This document shows positions 48,601 through 61,632 of a stretch of DNA of 64,000 bases, in pieces. Every line of letters begins with the position of its first letter. Position 1 is the first letter of the stretch. The notes under the pieces were generated by a model that was given only the letters and a program-made list of their open reading frames with translations, was not told the origin of the DNA and made no database searches. The DNA is from Anaeramoeba ignava BMAN (Eukaryota > Protista > Anaeramoebae), in NCBI GenBank assembly GCA_028826165.1, contig JAPDFW010000054.1, positions 248,001 through 312,000 of the forward strand. Reading direction: 5' to 3'. The translations under genes and the position numbers were made by a program.

Positions 48601-51600
48601 AAAACTTGAATCGAAAATATATTCTTGATTTTGATTTTGATTTTGATTTTGATTTTGATTTTGATTTTCCATTTCCATTTCCATTTCCATTTCCATTTCC
48701 TTTTCATTTTGATTTTCATTTTCAATTTCAAGTGGTATGAATTCATCATCTTCTTCTTGATTTTCTTTTTTAATTTTAAAATATTTAAAACCTGAATCCA
48801 AAATATATTCTTGATTTTGATTTTGATTTTGATTTTCCTTTTCCTTTTCCTTTTCATTTTGATTTTGATTTTGATTTTGATTTTGATTTTGATTTTGATT
48901 TTGATTTTCATTTTCAATTTGATTTATGATATAAATTTCTTCTATTTTAGGATCAATAGTATTCGATAAAAATCTAATTTTTTTATAAATATTTTCATTC
49001 AATTCAAGACTTTTATCATGTTTAATTTGTTTCATCTCTTCTTTTTTAATTCCAAATTTTTTTTGTAAATTCTCATCTTTTAAAATAATTGTAAAAATAA
49101 TAGATGAAAATCTATTATATTCATTTTCACTAATTGTATTATTATCCGTTTTCTTAAATAAATCTTCAATAATTTTTATTATTCCTTCATTGAATTGATC
49201 TCCAAAATTTTGATTGAATAATTTTGTAAAAAAATATTCAAAAATAGAATTATATATGAAAATATTCTTTCTGGAAATTTCATATAAATATTTAATATCT
49301 GAATTTTTAATGATTAAATTAATAAATCTAGAAACTAATTTCAAAACATTTTCTTTTTCCTTTTCCTTTTCTTTTTCATTTTGATTTTCATTTTGATTTT
49401 GATTTTGATTTTGATCATTTTGATTTTCAATAATTAATCGATTTATTATAACTTTTTCAAAGTATTTTATAAATTTGGTAATTTCATTCAATTTTTTTCT
49501 CATAGAGTTAGTTTGTTTTGATATTTCTTTATCTTTTTTTATTAAATTGAAATGTTTTTTGATATCACATTTTTTCCCACAAATTGAACATTTCTTTTCA
49601 TTTTTCGTTTTCTCATAATCAATTTTTGAAATTATTCTATCTTTTATCAATTTATTTTGATCTTTTGTAGAACAAATGTAAATATCTTGTTTTAAATCTA
49701 TTATTTTTTTCATTTCATTCATATCACCAAAATTTTTGGAAATCCATTCCTTTATTTTCAAAGTTTGTGATTTGAATTTTTTCAAAACCTTTTCTATTTC
49801 TTCAAATTGTTTATCATTAGTGATATTTGTGTTGATAAGAGAATCATTGATTATATTCATTTTTTCAATAGAAGAAATTGCTTTTTGTAAAAATGAAGAT
49901 GAAGATGAAAAAAGATCATCTTGATTTTTCAATAAAATATTCTTCTTATTTGTTTGATATCTTGTTTTAATTATAATCTCTTTTTGATCTTTTTCTTCTA
50001 ATTTTATCATTTCAATTATTTCATTAAATTTTGTATTAAAGAAATTAAGAAAAGTTTTGAAAGTAGAAATTTCGTTTTGAGTTTTTTTCTCTTTCAATTT
50101 TAAAAACATTCTCAAACAACAATCAATAAAATAATAAATTGAAAAGTTATTCTGATATACTTCTAAAAATATTTTCTTATTGGTTTCATTTCTGTCCAAA
50201 TCTCTAAAATAAGCTTTAATTTTGAATGAAAAGATGGAAAATCAACTTTATATATTTCCACTAAAATGCTTTGATATGTTCTATTTTCTTGAGAAACTTT
50301 TTTGAGAAAATCAAAAATATCAATTTTTAATGCTTTAATCATTTCTTTTTCTTTCTTTTTCAAAGTAATTGATTGTAAATCTTGTATATATAAAATAATA
50401 ATCTCAGAATTATAAATATCTTTTTTGTTAGAAATTGTTTCTTCAATATATTCAAGTAATGATTTATTTTCTTCTAATTCAAATTGATCTTCTTTAATTA
50501 TTGTGTAAATATTATCAAAAAATGGTAATTTTGTATTTTCATATGTAACTTTTGTTTTTTGTATCATAGATAAACTCATTTTTGAAATTAATCTCTTCCA
50601 AAAATCAAAAATTTGTTTGTTTGAAGATAAATTTCTAGATGGTAAATCTTGAACTGTATTGTTTAAAAATCGAAAATATTTCAATAATCTTTAATTTGAA
50701 TTGCAAATAAAGAAAAGAATTTAAATTTTGGAATTTATTTTTCTGATTTTTGGTTCATTCTTTATCATTTCAATTAAATTCCATTGATAAAATTCCTCAT
50801 TTTTGTTTTTAATTCCACTTTTTATCATTTGAATGAAAAAGTTTATAATAATTTCCTTAAATTTATCAATATCTAAAATTGATTTGATATTTTTAAAGCA
50901 ATCTTGAAATAATCATCTTTAATTTTTTTAAAATTTTAGAAAGGGAATGTTTCAAATTATTTTGAATAATTGAATAAGTTTGATCTTTTGTTGTTGTTAA
51001 TAACACTTTCTAATGATTCATTCATATTTGATTCCTTGATATAAATCCAAAATAATTTTTGGAGAAAGTTGATCCAAATGATAATATTCCCAAAATTGTT
51101 CAAAACAATAAGATATTTTTGGTGAATTTGTATCTTTTTGAAGTATAGATAATAAAATATAACATAAAATTTCTGTTCTTCAACTTCATTAATCTTTTTC
51201 ATTATTACTTTCTTTTAAGAAAATCAAATATCATTTCTTCAATTATAAATTTGGATTGATGGAAAATACTTTGTATTAATTTGATTTGAATCAGCATATA
51301 TCAATAAAACTTGATTTTCATCATTCAATTTTACATTTTCTTGTTGTTTTTGATTAAAAAGAATTCTTTTTCTAATTTATTTCTCAATGTTTTTTGTTCT
51401 ATATCAGTAGAAAGAATTTCAATTGAATTAATAATGTAATTTTGAGGAATTGTTTTAATTTTTCATCACTTGAAGAATATGTAAAAATTATTGAATTATA
51501 ATGAATATGATTTTTCAGAATTTCATTTTCAAATAAAGAAATAAAATTTTGATGTGATTGTAAAATTGATGTTGAACAATCTTTTCAAATACAAAGATTT

Positions 51601-54600
51601 TTATTTGTTAAGTTTTTGATATTAAATAATTATTTAATTCAATAAGTTTGCCAATTTGTAAAAGCCTAATCCAATATTTAAGTTGTGTAATAAAAATAAT
51701 ATAATCTTTATCATTTTTTTTGTTGTTTTCATTATTATTTTCAATAATTTGTGGTTGATTTTTGTTTAAATCTTGAAATTTAATTGCTAATGTTAGAAAT
51801 AAATTATCGTTATAATTTATTATTAAATTGTTATTATCAATATTTTCCTTTGTTATTGATTTAATTCCATCTAGAATTGTAGAGTGAGAGTCAATAAATT
51901 TGGTAATAAATTCATTTTGATTAAAATTAATTAAATCAAAATTTTCAAATTTGATAAATTTAGAACAATTTGATTGATCAACATTTTCAATTATTGAAAC
52001 ATCTTGTATTGAATATAATTTAAAATTTGAATGAATTTGAATAAATTTTGAATATAATCCAAATGTTACTTGTGCAAATTTATTATCACCAATTTGTATA
52101 TAATTTTCTGTTAAAAGATTACATAAACCTTCCAAAAATTCATTTCCATTGCATAAAAATAACAGATCTTCTAATGAAGCATAAAGTTCTATTTTTAAAA
52201 TTTTCCAATTCAAATATTCTTTCATTTCATCAGGAAATTGAGAAGAAAATAATATATTCATTCTTGTTGGAAATTGTTTCAAAAATATAGGAAGAAATGA
52301 TAAATTTTTAAGTAAATAAATTGTTGAAATTTTTGGAATATCTAATTCATTATTATCATTATTATCATTATCTTCTTCTTTTTTTGTATCAGGAATTAAA
52401 ATATCACTAATTTCATTTTCTTTTAATTGAGATTCTTGATTATCTGAAATATTTAATTCAATACCATTAAAAGTAGAAATGAATTTAAGTTGAGAATCTG
52501 AAATTATAAGAATAGGTATTTTCTCTTTTCTTTTTTCTTCATTGCTCAATATCTCAAAATCACTTTCATAAATTTGATTTAAATTTAAATAGAAATTCAA
52601 AATTTTATATGTTTCATTTGAATTATTTTCCAAAAATTGAGTATTAGAAAGAGTAACAACAGGAAGAATATTATTCTGATTCTCTTGAATACTTTTGAAA
52701 TCTGATTTAAATAAATTTTGAATATCTTTTTTTGTTGTTTTAGTTGAACAAATAATATTAAAAAATTTAAGTGATGGAAGTTCTAATTTTTGAAAAATTT
52801 GATTTCCTGATTTTGAATCAATTTCTTTTAAAATTTTAATAGCAATATATTGAGATAAACCTATTTTTTATTTATATTTTTTTTATTTTATTTTTTTAAA
52901 TAAATAAAGAGAATAAATTTAAATTTAAATTTAAATTTTTAAAAAAAAATATTATTTACCTGATTTCCCATAAAGAAAAAGTGTAGAATGTGAAAAATAA
53001 CAAATGAAAATTATTAATAAATTTTGTTTTAATTCTTCAGTAATTTGAATTTGAGGGAAATAATGATCAAGTTCTAAAAAATTAATTAATTTGTTTTGAA
53101 TATCAGAAATTATAGATTTAATTGTAAGTTTCTTTTTTGAATTTAAATTGGAAGCGATTTCTTTTTCAATTTCTGATTCTAATTTATTTCTTTCTGTTTG
53201 AGATAATTTTAAAATATAATTGATAAACAATGAAACAACCATTCCATAAAAAATTCTCACACTTTCTTCTTTTTCGTAAAATAAAATTTGTGAAGCTTTT
53301 GGGTTTAATAACCAATTAAATATTGTTAAAGTTCTTGATATATCTTTTAAAGAACAAGTTTGATTTAGATTTTTTTGGATAAATTTATGAGAATTGATAA
53401 TATTTGTTGTGAAAATTATTTTAATTAATGTAATTTGATTATTGTTTGTTTTTGGAAATTTTAAATTTGTAAATGCTTGAGAAACCATTGAATAAATGAA
53501 ATTATTTTCTATTTTTTCATTAAAAGTACCAAAATCTTCAAATTCATTTATAAAAGAATCTAAATATGGAAATTCTTGTTTTTCATTAAAATTAGAATAA
53601 GAAACAATAAAACGAATTTTATCAGATATTAAACTTCTATTTGAAATTCGATCAAAAATAATTTGTTTTAATAAAGCAATGCAATTTATTGAATTGAATT
53701 TAATCCCTTCAAATAAAATATTGAACGAGGTTTGTATGTTGTTTTTGTATATAAAATGTTCTGCTTCTGTAATAGTTTGAATAATTTCTTTTTTTGTGTT
53801 TGATTTATCATTTAAATGATAAATTATCAAATGTTGATTCAAAAAATTTTCAATTAAAAATTGAATAAATTCAGAATTTAAATTTTCATTTGTAGTTTTG
53901 ATAATTATTGGAATATTTGTTAATAATTTATATAATATTAAAATCATTCTCAAAAAGTTATCTAATGTAAAAAAATTCTTGAAATATTCATTTTCGAAAA
54001 TAAGCTTTTTATGAATTTCTATTAAATTTGGAGATAAATAACTTAATATTTTTAAAGCTTTAGAATTATCCATTTCATTTGTTCGTAAATTTTTTAAATG
54101 TTCATTAAATTTAAATCCATATTTTGAAACATGATTTTGAATTTCTCTATGAAAAAATCTATTATTTGGATTTCTTGAAATAAAATTAACATTCTTAATC
54201 AATTTTTTTTTCTCTTCCAAAGAAAAAATAAGTAAAGAAATATCTTTTTTTTCCCATTCAATATTTTTTGAAACTAAAATTGCAGCATTTTTTTGATAAT
54301 TTTCAACAAATAATTTTGGAAATGTTGAAGAAATTTTATCATCTGCAAAAGCTTTTTTAGATTTATAAGGATTAATGAAACGATATTGAATTAATGGATA
54401 CATATAATATTTCGAAATATTCCAAAAATTAGATAATAAACGAAAAGTGATTTGTTGATTTTGATTAACTTGGGAAATTATCTTTTTTGAATTTTCGAAA
54501 AAATTTTCTTTATTTGGAATATTAAAAAGAAAGTCAGCTACATCATCTTCACTTTCAAAATCTTGAGGATGTTGATAAATTTCAAAAAATTTTGCAAGTA

Positions 54601-57600
54601 TTTTTAAATCAACATTTTCTTCTCTTTTAATTGTTGAAGATTCATCAATTTTATATGAAAAGAAAGAAAAAGTTTTTTTATCAACTTGACATATTTTTTC
54701 TTCTAAATAATTAAAAGGAGCCAAATTGTTCAATTTAAATTCATTATTTGATATGCCAACACTTGGAATTTCAATATATAAATGAAAAGATTCATCAAAA
54801 ACCCATGAATTATAATTTATATTCGATTTATTCTTTGTAATTTCAATTGATCCCCATATTAATAATTGCCAAATTAAATATGATGTTTCTTGAATAGAGG
54901 AAAGTGATAATTCAATATGTAAATATGTATTTTCTTGATCAGTTAAATTAGTAGATTTTAAGAATTGAATTTTTAAGAAATTCAGAAGATTTTCCTGATG
55001 TAATTAAAATTTTGAAATAACGATAATTTTTAGTTTCATTATTTTTCATTTCTTTCATAACAATCTTTGAATATTTGATATGTTTTCCCATAACCTGATT
55101 TTTCAGATGAGTAAATTTTCATTCTTTTATATTGAGGAGAGAATATTTGCAAAAATATTTTTCCAATTCTTTTTAGAAAGTGAAGGAATTTGTTTTTCAA
55201 TTAAAGTTGCTGAAGATTTGTTTTAATTTAAGAGATTTTTCATTTTGTTTCAGAAAAGAAAATAACTAAAGGAATTTTGGTTTTTATATGAAATTGATTC
55301 AATTTTTCTTTTAATAAATCTAAGTATTTTTGAGATAATTTTTCAGGATGAAGAATTATGAATAAATGATTAATAGATTTGACTTGTTTTTGATATTGTA
55401 ATCATTATAAGTTTAAAAAGAAAGAATCAATAATATTTTCATCGATATCTTGAGAATCACAAAAATAAAACATTTTCTTTAAGTGGGAAATGTTGACAAA
55501 AATAAAATATAAAAGATGTGATAATATCATAAAGATTTGATTCTTGATTAATTTTATAAAGGAATATTAATTTCTTTTTGAAGATTTTTCCAAAGTAAAA
55601 ATTTTGGAAAATTGTTTATAAATTCGATTATAAGGAGTTGTATATTTAGTAGAAATGGAAATTATTTTTGTTCTTCTTTTTCTTTTTGTTTTTGTTCTTT
55701 TTATTTGTTCTAATTCTTTTTATTTGTAATTCTTCTTTTTTGTTTTTTTGTTCTTTTTTTGTTTCTAATTCTTCTTTTTCTAATATTTGAATTTTGAAAA
55801 GAATCAATTCCATTTTTGGATTATATTTTATTATAATTTTATTATCTTCATTTTCTTTTTCAGGGGATTTTTTTCAAATAATTTTTGTAAATTTGAACAC
55901 ATTTTTATTCATTAATTCAATTATTATAAAAATGTGTTGAATTGTTTGAAGTTTAGTTTCATTCATTTTCAAATTGTTTTTAAATCAGTATTTTCAGATT
56001 GAATTAAAAGTATGATCAAAATTTGTTCAAATGGATCAAAATCTGAGAAAACAAATGTATCTTTTTCAGTTTTTACAAGAAAATATCTCTTTTGAATTAC
56101 TTGAATAATCAAAAATGAAAACAGTTTTTCATTTCCAAAAATTTTTAAAGTATTATCAAAAATGGATTGAATTTTGAAGATTTTGAGAGAGATTGAGTAT
56201 TTATTATTTTTGAAGTATTTGGAAGATTTAGAATTTCTTCAATAACATTTAAATATTCATCATTAATTTGAAAAGATTCATTGTTCATTTGAGATTCAGA
56301 TTGTTTAATAAGATTTATTAAATTATCAAATGATTCAAAAAGGTTTCAGATTTACATATATATATGTTTTTAGTCTGTTTTCTTAATTTTTCGAAATGAT
56401 TAATTGAATCAACTATTTTATTATTTCTTTTGTTTCTTAAGTGAATTGGAAAAATTGTAAATTGATTATCATCTTCTTGTTTTTGAATTAAATTAGATAA
56501 TCTATCAAATGATTTGATGTTATTATCATTGTTGAAAATGAATTTTTGGGATTTGGTTTAAAACAATCAAGAATTGTTTTAAGAGTTGGAATTTCTTTAA
56601 TTTTTTGAGAATTTTGCCAAGTTTTATCAAAGAATTTGGAATTATTTTCATTTATAAATTTAAATTTTTCGAAAAATATCTTTATATTTGAATCAATTTT
56701 AGAAAATTCATTTTGAAATTCTCTATATTTTTGGATTAATAATAATAATTCATTAGCATTTTCTTCTGAATATTCCTTTTTTTCTTTTTCTTTTGATTTA
56801 ATATTAAAATCTTGATTTCGTAAAAAATTAAGTTCTTTTTTAATGAAAGATTCATCATTTTCAATTGGAAAAATTTTATCAATTTTTGAAAGAATAATTT
56901 CTTTATCAAAAATATCTTTTGCTAATTTATTCCATTTTTTGTTTGCTGAAGGTATAATTGTATCTCTAAAACTTGTAAAACTAATAATTTCTTCTTTTTT
57001 TTCTTTTTCTTGTAATTCTTTAATTCGAGAATCAATAAAATTTTTTATAATATTTTGAAAAATTTGGCTTTCATTCAATTCAATAAATCTTCTTAATCCT
57101 AAACGTGATATATTTATTTTTCTTTGTTTTTATCATTTCAGCGATTGTTTTAGTTTTTGTCAAACTGTTTTAAGAAATTTTCAATTTTCGCAATATGAAC
57201 TTTATTTTCAAATAATTGTTTGAATGTATCTAAAATTTTTGATAAGCTTCTTTAATTTTTTCTAAATGTTGCTTTATTTCTTTAAGATTTTTAAAATTTG
57301 GAAAATCTGTTTTGGAATAACATTTTGAAAATTGAATATAATCTTCTTTCTTGGATAAAAAATGTAATAATTCTTCGAAAGTACATTTTTTGTTGTTGAA
57401 ATGATTAAAATGTTCAAGAATTTCTTTATCATATTTTTGTAAATTTTCCAAGAATTTGGGATTTTCATTTTCCTTTTCTTTTTTGAATTTAATAATTTTT
57501 TTAAACCAAGATAATGTTAAAACCCATATTGTTTGTATTTTTCTATCTTTAGATTCATAAAATTCAATAAATTTACTTGGATTTTCTCCAACAAATTTTT

Positions 57601-59120
57601 CCCAAGAATTAATTTGAATTAATAAAGGTATATTTTTGATAATATTATCATCTATTATAATTTTTTCTTTTTCTGTATTATCATAGTAATATTGTGACCT
57701 TTCTGTTAAAATATCCAAAATAACATTTTCAAATTTTTCTTTCTCTTTTTCTTTTTCTGATTCAATAATCAATTCTAAAGATTTTTTTGGATCTTTTTGC
57801 CAGAAATTTTGATTTTCAACATTTTTTTTAATTGATTCTTCTAATGATTTAATAAATTTTTCATTTTCTTCATTTTCTTCTTTATTCCATGAGTTAATTT
57901 TTTTCCAAAATTGATTCCATAAATTAAAACATTGTAAAAAACACCTATAAATTGAATTTTTGAAATAATTCTTTGAGGAAATCTAGGAAATGTTTATTGA
58001 AAAAATTTATAATGTGTCCATGAGCAATTAAATGAACAATCAACTTAAATCCTTCAAAATATTTAGGAGAAAAATCCAGAAAATCAATACAATATTGTTC
58101 TTTTATATAATCATCTAAAATTGAATCATAAAATTTTTGTTTAACCAATTTTTCTGAATATTTTTTTTTATCAAATTCATCAAAAAAATTGAAGGATAGT
58201 CTTTTAAAAACTGGATAATATTGAAGTATAATAGGCTCTGGAGTTTTAATTTCCAATTGAAAAAGTAAAGTATTTTTGAGAGAATTTTTTAAGAAAACTG
58301 AATTTGGATCTTTTTCTGCATTTTCAAAAAATGTAATTATCAAATCAATTAGTTGAAAAATTAAGGATTGAGGTTTATATAATAAACGAGTAAAAAAGTA
58401 ATTATCTCTCATTGTGTGTTGATTTAAGCAAAGTAAAGCAAATTTTTCTTTGATTGAAATGGGATTTGTTTCTGAAAAATTTGAGATGAAAGGAAATAAA
58501 AGCCATTCATAAATTTGTGATTTGCAAACATGGGAAATAATTTGAAGACTTTCTCCAAAAATAAGTAAATCATTTTTAGTATCAGTATTGCTATCAATAT
58601 TGTTGTTATTATTATTTGAATCATTTTGATAAAAAAGGGATATAAAAAGAAAATTAAGAAAATCAGAAATAACATCGTTCGTATTAATTTTTGAATTATT
58701 CTGTTTGTTTTGATTCTCAAAAATAGTAAAATGGAAATTGGATTTTAAATTGATTTTTTCAGAAAGAATTTTCTCTTCCATTTCTTTTTCTTTTTCTTTT
58801 TCTTTTTCTTTTTGTTTTTCTTTTTCTTTTTCTTTTTCTTTTTCCTTTTCTTTTTCTTTTTCTTGAATAAAAGAAAAAATAATTTCTTTTTCTTTTTCTT
58901 TTTCTTTTTCTTTGAAATATTTAGAAACATCAAAATCTGAAAACAAAATATTTGTAAATGGAAAATGTTTCATTTCTTGTTTTTCAACAACTGTTTTTGT
59001 TATTACTTTATGTTTTCTGTTTCTTTGTTTGGTTTGAATTTTAAAATAAAATTGAATAAGATTCAAATCTGTAATTAAAAGTTTGGTTATTTCAGGATCA
59101 AAATAAACCACAATTTTCAT
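45619..59120 (-). CDS. Giant RNF213/mysterin-like protein with degenerate AAA+ modules; intron 52959-52861; many frameshifts (pseudogene or unpolished assembly)
   Basis: FTLDNFLRMILILYKLLTNIPIII, SLKDISRTLTIFNWL, LKQNLLIIFICYFSHSTLFLYGKSG and LLTENYIQIGDNKFAQVTFGLYSKFIQIHSNFKL occur in the same order as the RNF213 AAA-core motifs as recalled. Confidence 0.7.
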
Positions 59121-59429
59121 TTTAAATTAAAAAAAAAAAACTCTTTTTATATCTTTCTTTTTAATTTTAAATTTAAAAAAAAAAATAAAAAAATGAAAAA
59201 AAAAAAGGAAAAATAAAAAAATAAAAAAAATAAAAAAAGAAAAGTGGAATTTTTAATTAAATTTTTTTTTTAAATTAATTTAATTATTTACATATTTTTT
59301 TTTATACTTAACTTTTTATATTTAAATTTAAAACAAAACAAAACAATTTTTTATTTTTTTAATTTTTATTTAAAAAAAAAAAGTGGAATGAAAATGAAAA
59401 ACAATTTTCTTTCTATTTTCTTTTCCAAA

Positions 59430-59970
59430 TTTTAATTTTAATTTAATTTTGATTTTAATTTTAATTTTGATTTTGATTTTAATTTTAATTTTAATTTTGA
59501 TTTTGATTTTGATTTTAATTTTGATTTTGATTTTGATTTTAGATTTTAATTTTGATTTTGATTTTGATTTTAATTTTAATTTTAATTTTAATTTTGATTT
59601 TAATTTTGATTTTAATTTTAATTTTGATTTTGATTTTAATTTTGATTTTAATTTTAATTTTGATTTTAATTTTAATTTTGATTTTAATTTTGATTTTGAT
59701 TTTAATTTTAATTTTAATTTTGATTTTGATTTTGATTTTGATTTTAATTTTAATTTTGATTTTGATTTTAATTTTAATTTTCATTTTGATTTTGATTTTG
59801 ATTTTGATTTTGATTTTGATTTTGATTTTGATTTTGATTTTGATTTTGATTTTAATTTCAATTTTGATTTTGATTTTAATTTTAATTTTGATTTTAATTT
59901 TAATATTGATTTTGATTTTGATTTTAATTTTGATTTTGATTTTAAAATTGATTTTGATTTTAATTTTCAT
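59430..59970. repeat. ATTTT(G/A) hexamer array downstream of TatD
   Basis: Read directly. Confidence 0.9.
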
Positions 59971-59971
59971 T

Positions 59972-61350
59972 TTAAAATTGATAAAAATTTTTAGCATTTT
60001 CAACTAAAGTGGAATAAACTTTTTCTTTTTGAATTTTTTTAACTGAAACAATTTTATCAATAATTTTAGGAATCATTCCTGGATGAGCAATTTTTCCTCT
60101 ATAAGGAACAGGAGCCATATAAGGACCATCAGTTTCTGATAAAATTCTATCAAGAGGAACTTTTTCGACAACTTTAAGTAAATTTTTAGCAGTTTTAAAA
60201 GTAATTACACCAGTAAATCCAAAATAAGCATTTGGCCATTCTTTCATTATATTTTCTGCAAATTCTAAAGAAGAAGTATAACAATGAACATGAAATTTCC
60301 ATTCTTTTGGAATAAATTCTTTGAATATTTTTAATGTATCTTCTTCTGCTTCTCTTGTGTGAATAACAAGTGGTTTTTGTAATTCAATTGCTTTTTTTAA
60401 TTGTTTTGTGAAAGCATTTCTAATTTTGATTTTAATTTTGATTTTTATTTTTATTTTAATTTTGATTTTGATTTTAATTTTGATTTTGATTTTAATTTTG
60501 ATTTTGATTTTAATTTTAATTTTGATTTTGATTTTTATTTTGATTTTGATTTTAATTTTGATTTTAATTTTAATTTTGATTTTGATTTTGATTTTGATTT
60601 TAATTTTAATTTTAATTTTGATTTTGATTTTGATTTTGATTTTAATTTTGATTTTGATTTTGATTTTGATTTTGATTTTAATTTTAATTTTAATTTTAAT
60701 TTTAATTTTAATTTTGATTTTGATTTTGATTTTCATTTTGATTTTGATTTTGATTTTGATTTTGATTTTAATTTTAATTTTAATTTTGATTTTGATTTTA
60801 ATTTTGATTTTGATTTTAATTTTGATTTTGATTTTAATTTTAATTTTAATTTTAATTTTGATTTTGATTTTGATATTGATATTCATTTTGATTTTAATTT
60901 TCATTTTGAATTTGGTTTTGAATTTGATTTTCACATTTGATCTTCTTTTGGAGAAAAATTATAATGATAATCAAGACCCATTTCACCCCAAGCTTTAATT
61001 TTAGGATTTTTCATAAATTCAACAAGTTTATTTTCAATATCTTGATTAAATTTTTTAGAATCATGAGGATGTAAACCAAAAGCACCATAAACAGGTTCAT
61101 ATTTTGAAACAATATCAAAAACTGTATCAAAATTTATTGGATCACAAGCAATTGCAACTGCATTTTGAATTCCTTCTTCAAATTTTAATTCTTGTTGAAT
61201 TTCTGTCCAACTCTTTTTAGAATAATTTAATTTTACTCTTTCAAAAATCATATCAAGATGGCAATGAGTATCAATATAAGGAAATATTGTTTTTTCAATT
61301 ATTTTTTCATTTGTTTCTTGATTTGTTTCTTTTTGTTCAATTTTTTCCAT
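59972..61350 (-). CDS. tatD: TatD-family DNase; intron 60934-60420 filled with hexamer repeats
   Basis: IDTHCHL, GLHPH, GEMGLDY, IHTRE, HCY and ETDGPY motifs; the GT..AG intron restores the frame. Confidence 0.92.
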
Positions 61351-61632
61351 TTTGTTTCTAAAAAAAAATGAAAATGAAAAATTTAAAAAAAAATATTTTT
61401 TTCAATTAAAATTCCAATTACGTCATTCAATTTAAAATCTTAATTCAGTTTAATTCAATTTAAAATCTTTATAAAAAAAAAGTGGAATGAATTGTATTTT
61501 TATTTAATTTTGTTTTTAATTTAATTTAATTTAATTCAATTTAAAATCTTTATAAAAAAAAAATGGAATGAATTGTATTTTTATTTAATTTTGTTTTTGA
61601 TTTTTTTTTTTGAAATTAAAATTAAAAGATTT

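Noticed and set aside
59449-60998. ILIL/KIKI/DFDF ORFs, including the KIKI 'N-terminus' of TatD
   Set aside because: Hexamer repeats; the TatD portion is a GT..AG intron (60934-60420).
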